Below, piece after piece: positions 27,935 to 36,807 of a stretch of DNA of 64,000 nucleotides (position 1 is its first letter; every line of letters starts with the position of its first letter). Position numbers and translations under genes: made by a program. The notes under the pieces were generated by a model. The model had not been told where the DNA came from. It saw only the letters and a list, made by a program, of their open reading frames with translations, and ran no database searches. This DNA comes from a virus. The stretch spans positions 1-64,000 of IMG/VR virus record IMGVR_UViG_3300042887_005324; one strand, given 5' to 3'.

Positions 27935-28768
27935 ATGTCTATAAAATCCGATATAAATAAATATACACCAAGAAAAGAACAGTCTGACTGTCTTGATTTC
28001 ATTATAAAAAGTAAAACTGATAATCCAGATACTAAGTTTTTCTTACTTAACATGCCCGTTGGTGTTGGTAAGAGTCACTTAGCTATGATGGTTACTGATT
28101 GGTATATAAACAAAATAGATAAAAATGCAAAGGTTGATATAATCACAGCTGGTAAAATATTACAGGATCAGTATGATGATACATATGAGTCAATAAACAA
28201 TTTGAAAGGTAAAGAAAATTATGAGTGTGTTCAATATGCTTGTTCGTGTGCTAACGGTAAAGAGTTCAATAGATTAAATAAGACTTCTTGTGACTTTTGT
28301 CCTTATGATGATGCAAAAGGATCTTATATTGGTGGTAAGGTCAGCTTGACTAATTTTTATCTTTATCTTATTTATGCTCTTTATAATAATGGTGTGATGG
28401 ATCAAAGAGGATCAAATGTTTTAATAGTGGATGAGTGTTTACATCCCGATACTGAAATTACTCTATTTGATGGTAGTAGAAAAAAAATAAAAGATATAAA
28501 AGAGGGAGAACTAGTATTAACTATTAATGAGCATACAAATAAAGTTGAAGTAAAACCAGTGGTCAAAGTACATCATAATCTTAATAAAGGAGTACAAATG
28601 TACGAATTAGAAATGGAGAACGGAGATATAATTAAAATTACAGGAAATCACAAGGTTAAATTAATTGATGGTACCTGGAAAAAAGTAGAAGAGTTAGATG
28701 TAAGTGATGAAATTTTATATATAAATGAAATCGAATCACATGAATATGACAATCGAAAAGAAAGATGA
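27935..28768 (+). CDS. DinG/XPD-like SF2 helicase, N-part fused to split-intein N-half (28436-28765, 110 aa); start revised to ATG 27935
   Basis: Q-motif PRKEQ, Walker A PVGVGKS, Fe-S-like cysteines, VDE|CLHPDT (block A), TGNH (block B). Confidence 0.9.
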   Translation: MSIKSDINKYTPRKEQSDCLDFIIKSKTDNPDTKFFLLNMPVGVGKSHLAMMVTDWYINKIDKNAKVDIITAGKILQDQYDDTYESINNLKGKENYECVQYACSCANGKEFNRLNKTSCDFCPYDDAKGSYIGGKVSLTNFYLYLIYALYNNGVMDQRGSNVLIVDECLHPDTEITLFDGSRKKIKDIKEGELVLTINEHTNKVEVKPVVKVHHNLNKGVQMYELEMENGDIIKITGNHKVKLIDGTWKKVEELDVSDEILYINEIESHEYDNRKER

Positions 28769-29603
28769 AATATACGACTTTATATCAGCTAACAAAAAAA
28801 AATTTATTTATAAAAAAAGAATTTCAGAACAAGTTGAACACATGAATTTATTGATATCGAATATATGTGATCTTAGATTCTCAAGTTTAAATGAGTGTTT
28901 TGAGTTTTTTTCAAGTCACTGGGATAAAAAGTGCAAAAATGATGAATGTGAAAATGAAAGAAAGCTATTAAGTCTTTTTCCTAAAAGAAGTGATTACTCA
29001 AATATTATTAGCAGATATGGAATCTATAAATTCTGTAGCAACTCAGAGTGTAACTATAAAAGTATTTCACAACGACAATCGGGTGAAAATAATACATGTC
29101 ACAGAATGTCTGAAGAAACATTTAAATCTATGTGTTTAAAAAACTCAATAAAAATGAAAAAGAACATCAAAGAAGGAAGATTCCTACCAAATATTACAAA
29201 TAGTTGGGCTAAATCTAGATGTGAAATACAATTCTACAGAAACAACGATTTAATACAGATTAAGACTAGATCTACTTGGGATGCTTACTTTCAAATATTC
29301 AACACGGATCTAATATATGAAAGTCTAATTATACAATACAAGTTCAATAGAATTGAACACAATTATATAGTGGATTTTGTTGATTACAACAATAAAATAA
29401 TTTACGAGATAAAACCGAGTTCAAATATAAGTGATAGAAAAAATCAGGCTAAAATAAGATACGCCAAAAAGTGGTGTAAATCGAATGGTTACACTTTTGT
29501 TCTAATAAAAGATAGTTGGTTTAAAAAAAACTATGATGAAAAAATTGTGATTGGACAACCTTGTGAAGAAAAAATGAAAAGAAATTTAAAGCAATTCAAA
29601 TGA
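28725..29603 (+). CDS. Free-standing homing endonuclease, PD-(D/E)xK TnsA-like
   Basis: RSTWD...YE...Y...YIVDF...YEIKP; Cys pairs; inserted between the intein halves. Confidence 0.75.
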   Translation: MKSNHMNMTIEKKDEIYDFISANKKKFIYKKRISEQVEHMNLLISNICDLRFSSLNECFEFFSSHWDKKCKNDECENERKLLSLFPKRSDYSNIISRYGIYKFCSNSECNYKSISQRQSGENNTCHRMSEETFKSMCLKNSIKMKKNIKEGRFLPNITNSWAKSRCEIQFYRNNDLIQIKTRSTWDAYFQIFNTDLIYESLIIQYKFNRIEHNYIVDFVDYNNKIIYEIKPSSNISDRKNQAKIRYAKKWCKSNGYTFVLIKDSWFKKNYDEKIVIGQPCEEKMKRNLKQFK

Positions 29604-30868
29604 AAATTAAAAGTATTAAAAAAATAGATTATATTGATGATGTCTACAATCTTCATATACAAGACAATCACAATTATTTCGCTAACAATCACTGTGTCAG
29701 TAACTGTCATGATTTTGATGATGTTATGAGTGATTTCATTTCAATTAAAATAACCGATACGATTGTAAAAAAGTTAAAGTTTACTAATGAAACTGATATT
29801 CTTAAAAAGTTAAAAAAAGTATCAACTATAACACAATATATTACATTCTTAGAGTTCTTACTTAGTGAGATAATGTCAACTGTTGATGAAATTGATAAAT
29901 CCATGCAAGGTGGTAGAGATGCTACTAAAGATAAAAGAGATTTAAAAATATCTAAGATAGTCGGTGGTGGAAATAAAGATGTAAAGATGATGCAAGTCAT
30001 AACTGACTTAAAACAGTATCAATTAAAGATAGACTTATTTCTAAAAGAATACAAGGCTAATCCACATAATTGGGTTTTAGAAACATATTATAATGAGAAA
30101 ACAAATCAAACTGAATTATCATTAGAGCCAATCTGGGCTTATGATTACTTAGATAAGTATGTTTGGAGTAAGTATGATATGGTAATTCTAATGTCAGGAA
30201 CAATTTTAGACAAAAGATTATTTTCAGATTTGAACGGACTAGATGTTGATAAAATGGCTTACTATTCAGTTCCGTCACCATTTCCAGTAGAAAATAGACC
30301 GATCTATTACATGCCTCTTGGTAAAATGTCTTATCAAAAGAAAGAAGAAACATTCAAGAATTATGTTCAATATCTACACAAAATTTTGAAAAAGTACGAG
30401 GGAAAAAAAGGTATAATTCACACTAATTCTTTTGAGTTATCAAATTGGATTCAAAGAGGAGTAGAAAACTCTAGATTGGTTTTTCATGATTCCACGAATA
30501 AAGATGAAATGTTAAGAAGACATTTTGAGACAAGTGAACCAACTGTATTTGTTAGTCCATCTGTTTCGACTGGTGTTTCATTTGATCATGATAAAAGTAG
30601 ATTTCAAGTAATTGCAAAGATTCCTTATCCGAGTTTGGCTTCTCAAAAGAATAAAATGCGTCAAAAAAATAATCCAGATTGGTATTCTTGGAAAACTGTC
30701 TGTTCTTTACTTCAAATGGCTGGTAGGTCGATTAGAAGTAAAACTGATTTTGCAGATACTATAATAATTGATAGTTCTTTTTCTGACATACTAAGATATA
30801 GTTCTGATTTAATTCCAGACTGGGTTCAAAGTTCCATAAAGAAAGTTGACATAAAATCAAAAGCTTAA
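29600..30868 (+). CDS. Split-intein C-half (29600-29704, 35 aa) plus DinG-like helicase C-part
   Basis: MKIKSIK...VYNL...HNYFAN...VSN|CHDF restores DECH; MSGT, TGVSF, KIPYP, QMAGRSIR. Confidence 0.9.
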   Translation: MKIKSIKKIDYIDDVYNLHIQDNHNYFANNHCVSNCHDFDDVMSDFISIKITDTIVKKLKFTNETDILKKLKKVSTITQYITFLEFLLSEIMSTVDEIDKSMQGGRDATKDKRDLKISKIVGGGNKDVKMMQVITDLKQYQLKIDLFLKEYKANPHNWVLETYYNEKTNQTELSLEPIWAYDYLDKYVWSKYDMVILMSGTILDKRLFSDLNGLDVDKMAYYSVPSPFPVENRPIYYMPLGKMSYQKKEETFKNYVQYLHKILKKYEGKKGIIHTNSFELSNWIQRGVENSRLVFHDSTNKDEMLRRHFETSEPTVFVSPSVSTGVSFDHDKSRFQVIAKIPYPSLASQKNKMRQKNNPDWYSWKTVCSLLQMAGRSIRSKTDFADTIIIDSSFSDILRYSSDLIPDWVQSSIKKVDIKSKA

Positions 30869-30972
30869 AAACTTTTTTTCCTTTTAATATATAAGATATA
30901 CTTTTTGGCCAAAAAGTGAGAATTTATTGATACGCTCTGATAGGTATCAAAGAAGAAATTAAACTTAAAATT

Positions 30973-31830
30973 ATGAAAACAAAAACATCTAATGTTTTAC
31001 CTGAACAGGTAGCAAAATCGTCAAGTGTCTTGACACCAATCTTCACTACAACCAACTACTCAATGTTTGGATATATCGGTGGAAACAGAAATGTAAATAC
31101 AACTAATCTTAAAAAAATCACTGAGTCTATTGCAAAAAAACACATTAAAACAAATGCTGTAATTTGTATATTGGATAATTCAGACTTACACAAACCTCTT
31201 AAAATTGTTGATGGTCAACACAGATTTGAAGCTTGTGAAAAACTTCAAATACCAGTATCCTATGTTATTGATGATAATTTAAATATGTCATCTATTCTTA
31301 ATGATATTACTTTGATGAACACTGCTTCAAAAGAGTGGGACGTGTCTGATTTTATGAATAGTGAAGCTCAAAAAGGAAATCAAAATTATATTTTATATAG
31401 AGATGTCTATACTAAATGGAATGAGAATTTTGATCACGAAGCTTTATTTTTTATTCTCAATAATGACTCGGGTAGACAAAATCCTAATATTGGATATCCT
31501 ATGTTTAAGCAAGGTAAACTTGAGTTTGATAAATCTGATTCAACATATCTGTCTAACAGACTAAATGAATTATCAAAATTCAACGGATTTTCTGATATAG
31601 GTGGTAAGAGATATTATCAAAAAGCACTAAATCTATTGTTTAATTGTAGGGGATTTGATTCTGAACATATGATGAATAAGCTTCAACAGAGAGTATCTGT
31701 TATTCAAAAGTGTTCAACTATTGAAGGAGCTCTTGATCAATTATCAACTATTTACAATCACAAGCAGCAATCTGGTAGAATAGCACTCACTAGAGTAGGA
31801 ACTAAGATTGTTAAGATTGAAATTATTTAA
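30973..31830 (+). CDS. ParB/Srx-like N-terminal domain protein
   Basis: GNRNVN...IVDGQHRFEAC. Confidence 0.7.
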   Translation: MKTKTSNVLPEQVAKSSSVLTPIFTTTNYSMFGYIGGNRNVNTTNLKKITESIAKKHIKTNAVICILDNSDLHKPLKIVDGQHRFEACEKLQIPVSYVIDDNLNMSSILNDITLMNTASKEWDVSDFMNSEAQKGNQNYILYRDVYTKWNENFDHEALFFILNNDSGRQNPNIGYPMFKQGKLEFDKSDSTYLSNRLNELSKFNGFSDIGGKRYYQKALNLLFNCRGFDSEHMMNKLQQRVSVIQKCSTIEGALDQLSTIYNHKQQSGRIALTRVGTKIVKIEII

Positions 31831-31845
31831 TTAAAAATAAAGAAT

Positions 31846-31875
31846 AAAAAACCCTCAAAATTTGAGGGTTTTTTT
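31846..31875. terminator. Bidirectional terminator
   Basis: AAAAAACCCTCAAA-A-TTTGAGGGTTTTTTT. Confidence 0.85.
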
Positions 31876-31877
31876 AT

Positions 31878-32369
31878 TTAGTCTCTTAGACCTTTAGCAA
31901 TTGCATCTCTAAGTGCTTTTGGTAGTTTTTTCTGTTTTGGAGTCAATCCCTTTTCTTTTCTTTTCTCGATTGAATCTTCGATGGCTTTTCCTCTTTTCTT
32001 CTCATATCTAGATATTTTCTTATCCTTATTCAAGTCTGCCTTTTCTGGATTTTTAAGACCTGATTTTTTATAAGAAGTATTTTTAGCTTCGAAACTCATA
32101 TCTTTACCAGTCATGTCTTTCTCTTTATCATTTTCATCTTCATCATTACAAGGAACACATTCTTCTTCCTCTTCTTCCATAGGCATTCTTCCTGCTACAA
32201 CTTTTCTTAATTCATCTGAATATTCATCTGATAATTCAGAAGGAGTATAATCAATTTCTGAATCTCTTTCTAATCCATCTGCTCTTCCAGCAACTATTGA
32301 TCTTAAATCATTTGAGTAATCATATTCTTGATCATCTCTAAAACTTTCAAACTTTTTTAAGTATTTCAT
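31878..32369 (-). CDS. Probable internal head protein: capsid-targeting-like leader, acidic half, basic half
   Basis: MKYLKKFESF; repeat YS(N/D)(D/E)LR..VAGR twice; ADLNKDKKISRYE EF-hand-like motif. Confidence 0.65.
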   Translation of the reverse strand: MKYLKKFESFRDDQEYDYSNDLRSIVAGRADGLERDSEIDYTPSELSDEYSDELRKVVAGRMPMEEEEEECVPCNDEDENDKEKDMTGKDMSFEAKNTSYKKSGLKNPEKADLNKDKKISRYEKKRGKAIEDSIEKRKEKGLTPKQKKLPKALRDAIAKGLRD

Positions 32370-32386
32370 ACTATTTACTTATTTTT

Positions 32387-32560
32387 TTATTTTAATATTC
32401 GATCACAAGATGGACAGTAAATAACTGGTTCACCATTTTTTATAAAGAATTTTCTATCACACATACCAATACATCTTTTAAGATCTTTTGGAGGCTTTGG
32501 CTTTTTCTCTGGTTTATCAGACTCAGTGATAAAGTTTGTAAATTTGTGTAAGTGATTCAT
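32387..32560 (-). CDS. Small zinc-finger protein, 57 aa, with a capsid-targeting-like leader; absent from the ORF track
   Basis: MNHLHKFTNFITES...CIGMC...CPSC; downstream of the palindromic promoter. Confidence 0.65.
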   Translation of the reverse strand: MNHLHKFTNFITESDKPEKKPKPPKDLKRCIGMCDRKFFIKNGEPVIYCPSCDRILK

Positions 32561-32580
32561 ATAAAAATATCAAACTATTT

Positions 32581-32594
32581 TTAATATATATTAA
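32581..32594. promoter_or_regulatory. Palindromic bidirectional promoter TTAATATATATTAA
   Basis: Lies between divergent small ORFs; an identical 14-mer is at 54334-54347. Confidence 0.65.
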
Positions 32595-32595
32595 T

Positions 32596-32745
32596 ATGAA
32601 ATTATATGAATTTTGCGATTTTATAGTTGAAAAAGAAGTTTTGAAGTTTCCAATTAAATTATCTGATAAATTACTAAGTGTTTTACAACAAATAGACAGT
32701 AAAATATCAAAAAAACTTATCGATGTAGTTACATACACAGAGTGA
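32596..32745 (+). CDS. 49 aa ORF resembling only the N-terminus of the SCM-motif family (possible remnant); absent from the ORF track
   Basis: MKLYEFCDFIVE...LSDKLLSVLQQIDSKISKKL vs FSKKFKDLISKIESPVAKAL and VSDELEDILLSLDDKVANEF. Confidence 0.55.
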   Translation: MKLYEFCDFIVEKEVLKFPIKLSDKLLSVLQQIDSKISKKLIDVVTYTE

Positions 32746-32772
32746 TTTTTATAAAAGAATATATAGAGATAT

Positions 32773-33693
32773 ATGAAAAGAATTTTGAAGTATAAAGATC
32801 ATCAAAAAAGTATTTTAATAGCTGAAGAATTAATTGAACTAATTTTGAATCCTCAACTTAATGAGTCTAAATTAGATGATAGTCATATAAAAAATATATT
32901 AAAGTCATTAGCTGGAGACTTGAAATTCAACTATAGTTTAATATTTACTTTTGGTGCTGGTATTGGAGCAATGATTCCTATTGTTTCGAACCTACTTAAA
33001 AATGCTAGTTTAAATGTTGAATTAACTGATGAAAACATTGTTTTATTGTGTATCACGGCACTTGCAATAACTTACTTAGAAGAACAAAAGAATAAAACAG
33101 GTGAACATGAAATTGAATGTCAAGATTGTAAAGGTCAAGGACATAATATAGATTGTGAACTTTGTGATGGAGAAGGGTGTGATGATTGTGAAAAAGACTG
33201 TGAAACTTGTAAAGGTAGTGGTTTAGTAAAAAGTTTAGTCACTAAAGAAGATGCTAAAACTTTATTAGAAGAATTAAAATTAAGAGGTATCGGTAATGGT
33301 ATTGTGAAAAAACTTGTTAACTGTTTCAAATCAATAGGTAATGTATTAAAAGTAATTTTCAGAAATACTCCGTATATAGTTACAGGATTTTTAGATATGT
33401 TCGGATATACATCATTGTTGTTACCAACTATGAATGCAATTTCAACTCTAATTGGCAAATATGATTTCAATTTAGATAATCTTCCGATTAATTTATTAAC
33501 AGTTGGTGTTGGTGTTACTTCATTGTTAGCAAAAAACAGTCTGAATTATTTAATAACAAGATTAAAAGATAAATTCAACTTAAAAGTTAATCCAGATTTA
33601 GATAAACCTACAGTTGTGAGACCTTATAGTGGAGAAATCAAAGATGGTGAAGAAAGAGATTTAGGTAAAAATCAATTAATTAAAGAACAGTAA
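32773..33693 (+). CDS. Membrane-associated protein with an inserted DnaJ-type zinc finger
   Basis: Several hydrophobic helices; CQDCKGQG, CELCDGEG, CETCKGSG; QLNES site. Confidence 0.65.
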   Translation: MKRILKYKDHQKSILIAEELIELILNPQLNESKLDDSHIKNILKSLAGDLKFNYSLIFTFGAGIGAMIPIVSNLLKNASLNVELTDENIVLLCITALAITYLEEQKNKTGEHEIECQDCKGQGHNIDCELCDGEGCDDCEKDCETCKGSGLVKSLVTKEDAKTLLEELKLRGIGNGIVKKLVNCFKSIGNVLKVIFRNTPYIVTGFLDMFGYTSLLLPTMNAISTLIGKYDFNLDNLPINLLTVGVGVTSLLAKNSLNYLITRLKDKFNLKVNPDLDKPTVVRPYSGEIKDGEERDLGKNQLIKEQ

Positions 33694-33694
33694 T

Positions 33695-35950
33695 ATGAGT
33701 TTGAGTAAAAAATACAGTGATTTTTTATTGATGAGATTATTTGAATCTGTCTTCGTTACAAGTAGAGAGTTCAAACAGATTATTAATGATATGCCAAATA
33801 CTGATAAAATTGCAGATATTTTGTATAGTATTATTGATGAAAGAACAGATATTAAAACTAATTATAATTTAGTTGATATTCAGAAAGACAAAAATGATGA
33901 AATTTCATTTTTGCCAGATACTCAGTATCAAAGATTCATCACTAAAGGTGAGGATGTATCTACTAAGACTAAGAGTAATTCAAAAATTGGTAGAATGATT
34001 GGGCAAATTTTGAGAGACAATGGTCACACTAAATTTACTGATTCGGATATTGAGAAATTCGTAAATTCATTCAAATCTCAGTGGAATAAGAAACATGGAA
34101 TTATTAACCGTAAAACTGAAGTAGTCAAAGGTGATCAAATTTTAAAGTGGTATAACAGTAAGAATTATAATTCCGATAAAGGAACCTTAGGTAGCTCTTG
34201 TATGAGATATGATAAAGTGAATCACTTTATGAATATCTATGCTAAAAATCCAGATAAAATATCTATGGTTATTATTACTGAAGAAGGTAAATTAGTAGCA
34301 AGAGCTTTATTCTGGGTACTAGATGAAACAACTGCTGGATCAAGTAAAAAGTTCTATTTAGATAGAATTTATACTGAACAGGATTCTGATTTTCAGTTTG
34401 TTTATGATTGGGTTGTTGAGAATCTATGTGCCAATGATCCAAAAATTCTAACGTCACATAAAAATGGTGATAATCAATATGAGATGAAAGTTTTCTTAAA
34501 AAACACTAAATTTGATCATTATCCTTATGCTGACACATTTAATTATTTATATGAAAGATTAAACAAAGATGGTCAAGTTACTGGAAGTGGATTTGTTTCT
34601 AACCTACATGATGAATCTATGGCTGAGCAGACAAAAGATGGTCAGAGTTTTCTTATTTCTGAAATAAGAAATCACAGTGAAGGTACTCCGAGTAATTTAA
34701 GTCATGTATATTCAGAATATTTTGATAGTTATATACTGAAAAGTGAGGCAGTGAAAGATCATAGATTAGGTTGGATTCCAAAATCCAAATGTAAAAGATG
34801 TGAGTTTGATGGTGAATGGATTTATGAAGAAAATGCTATCTGGTCTGATGCAATGCAAGATTGGATTCATAAAGATTTTGCACGCGATTCAGACTTTGGA
34901 GTTGTTCATAAAGATGCTGTGAAAAAAGTGGCGACCAAATATATTGGTAAATATACTAACCCTATAGATTTTATAAACGGATTAGGAAAAGGTGAAGAAT
35001 TGTTTGAGATCAAAGATATGATTAAGTCATCATCTTCAGAATTTGAGATACCAGAAAATCGATATGGAGGTCCTCGATATTATATAAAAGAATTACTAGT
35101 GAAAGATATTTGGGGTGATTACCAAGTAAAACAATCATCATTTGAATTACACGAATGTGATGATGTTGAATTAACAAAAAAAGTTGAGTTTTCAAATCTG
35201 ATTATAAGATCTAAGTATATGATGTTAGATGATGCAGTTTTATTTGATGTAAATTACACAGATACTACAATATGGATAGGTTTTAGTGATCTAAAGGATT
35301 TTTATGATCAAGCGTATTATACAAAATTCATGGAATTTTTAAAATCATCAAATATTGATGAATCTACTAAAAAGAGAATTAGTGAAGTCAAAACGAAGTT
35401 TCATGAATATTGGTTCGCTGAGTCTAGTGCTTATCGTACAGCCTTTAACTTACAGGAAAAAATGAAGAATGTCACTCCTGAAGAAGTTGTTTTAGAACTT
35501 TATGAGTCGGTTTGTTCAAAACTTGCAAAAAAAGGTTTTTTTGAAGAACGTGTTATAGAGGCTCTTGAAAATGAATATTATGACTATATGAGTATGAGTC
35601 CCGAAAATAAAGACGAAGTAATAAAATTTAGCTTAAAATTAATTGAGGTCATGATCCTACCATATCTTATCACAGAAGATAGTTACGATTCTAAAATTGA
35701 ACTACAAAAATGGTGTTCAAATAGTTCATCAATTCGAAGTGAAATGAGTAAGATTGCGTTAGATATCGCACAGCTCAAAGACCGTTACTTCAGTTATTTA
35801 AGATCTGTCTTTAGGGAATTTCTAAATGAAATTAGAATTGAAAAAAGACAAGGTCTTGAAGAATTGTTAAGAAATTATAGTCTGACTAGTCGTGAGTTAG
35901 AAATGTTTATTTCAAAAATCAATTTGGAAAAAATGAGTCCATTTAAATAA
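33695..35950 (+). CDS. SCM-motif family protein (paralogue C), long C-terminal extension
   Basis: MSLSKKYSDFLLMRLFES; GTLGSSCMRY, ARALFW, YLDRIY, YPYADT. Confidence 0.7.
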   Translation: MSLSKKYSDFLLMRLFESVFVTSREFKQIINDMPNTDKIADILYSIIDERTDIKTNYNLVDIQKDKNDEISFLPDTQYQRFITKGEDVSTKTKSNSKIGRMIGQILRDNGHTKFTDSDIEKFVNSFKSQWNKKHGIINRKTEVVKGDQILKWYNSKNYNSDKGTLGSSCMRYDKVNHFMNIYAKNPDKISMVIITEEGKLVARALFWVLDETTAGSSKKFYLDRIYTEQDSDFQFVYDWVVENLCANDPKILTSHKNGDNQYEMKVFLKNTKFDHYPYADTFNYLYERLNKDGQVTGSGFVSNLHDESMAEQTKDGQSFLISEIRNHSEGTPSNLSHVYSEYFDSYILKSEAVKDHRLGWIPKSKCKRCEFDGEWIYEENAIWSDAMQDWIHKDFARDSDFGVVHKDAVKKVATKYIGKYTNPIDFINGLGKGEELFEIKDMIKSSSSEFEIPENRYGGPRYYIKELLVKDIWGDYQVKQSSFELHECDDVELTKKVEFSNLIIRSKYMMLDDAVLFDVNYTDTTIWIGFSDLKDFYDQAYYTKFMEFLKSSNIDESTKKRISEVKTKFHEYWFAESSAYRTAFNLQEKMKNVTPEEVVLELYESVCSKLAKKGFFEERVIEALENEYYDYMSMSPENKDEVIKFSLKLIEVMILPYLITEDSYDSKIELQKWCSNSSSIRSEMSKIALDIAQLKDRYFSYLRSVFREFLNEIRIEKRQGLEELLRNYSLTSRELEMFISKINLEKMSPFK

Positions 35951-36015
35951 AAATTAACTCTATTCTAAAAATTAATGTTTTAAAATTATTAATAATTTAT
36001 AGAAGAATATATATT

Positions 36016-36045
36016 AAACTTAAATCTCTCCATTCACTATAAATA
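36016..36045 (+). promoter_or_regulatory. Bipartite promoter AAACTT-N16-TATAAATA
   Basis: Upstream of the replicative helicase. Confidence 0.6.
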
Positions 36046-36062
36046 AAAAATAATTTTGAAAA

Positions 36063-36782
36063 ATGACAATATCTTTAGAAAAGATATTTTTCGGATATAT
36101 TATTAAGAATAAAAGATACTTTGAAATTGTAGAACCCTTCTTCTTCAAAAATTCTGAAATTCAATTCGTGTATTCTATTATTAGAAGTTACATGATTAAG
36201 AATATTGAAGCAGAAGTACCTCATCCAAAACAAATTCTTGAAATGGTATCTCTCGAAGATCGAGATGGTGTTATTACCAAAGAAGTTCTTAAATCAATGT
36301 TGACCGTAAACTTTGGTGAATATGATGAAACAAATTTCATTATTCCTAAATTTAACGCTTGGATTCTTTCAAACAGATTAAAAAGTGGTACAGTAGATAT
36401 TATTGATGAAACAAGAAATCTAGACTCTGTTAATGATTTTGAAGAAGCTGTAATCGCAGCTAATAGAATCAAAAGCATCGTAGATCAAATGTCTAAAACA
36501 GATTTTGTTAATGATGATGATTTGGGTTCTGATTTTGATGATCCAGAACACCATGTGCAAGATTCTTCAAGATTCAAAATCAGATCAGGACTTGATACTG
36601 TTGATCATATGTTAGGTGGAGGATGGGATATTTCTACACTTAATGTAATAATGGCTCAAACTAATGGAGGTAAGTGTAGTTTTTCTGATACTTACATTGA
36701 AGTTCGTGATAAAAATACTAATGTTATTGAGAAGTTAAAATTAGTTGATTTTTTTATTCGTCATAGGGGTACTAACATTTAA
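36063..36782 (+). CDS. dnaB: Replicative helicase (T4 gp41/DnaB-like), N-part with a short split-intein N-half (36675-36779, 35 aa)
   Basis: SGLDTVD..LGGG, Walker A AQTNGGK|CSFSDTYI (intein block A), then stop. Confidence 0.88.
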   Translation: MTISLEKIFFGYIIKNKRYFEIVEPFFFKNSEIQFVYSIIRSYMIKNIEAEVPHPKQILEMVSLEDRDGVITKEVLKSMLTVNFGEYDETNFIIPKFNAWILSNRLKSGTVDIIDETRNLDSVNDFEEAVIAANRIKSIVDQMSKTDFVNDDDLGSDFDDPEHHVQDSSRFKIRSGLDTVDHMLGGGWDISTLNVIMAQTNGGKCSFSDTYIEVRDKNTNVIEKLKLVDFFIRHRGTNI

Positions 36783-36807
36783 TATATAATGAAAAATAGG
36801 TGTAGAA

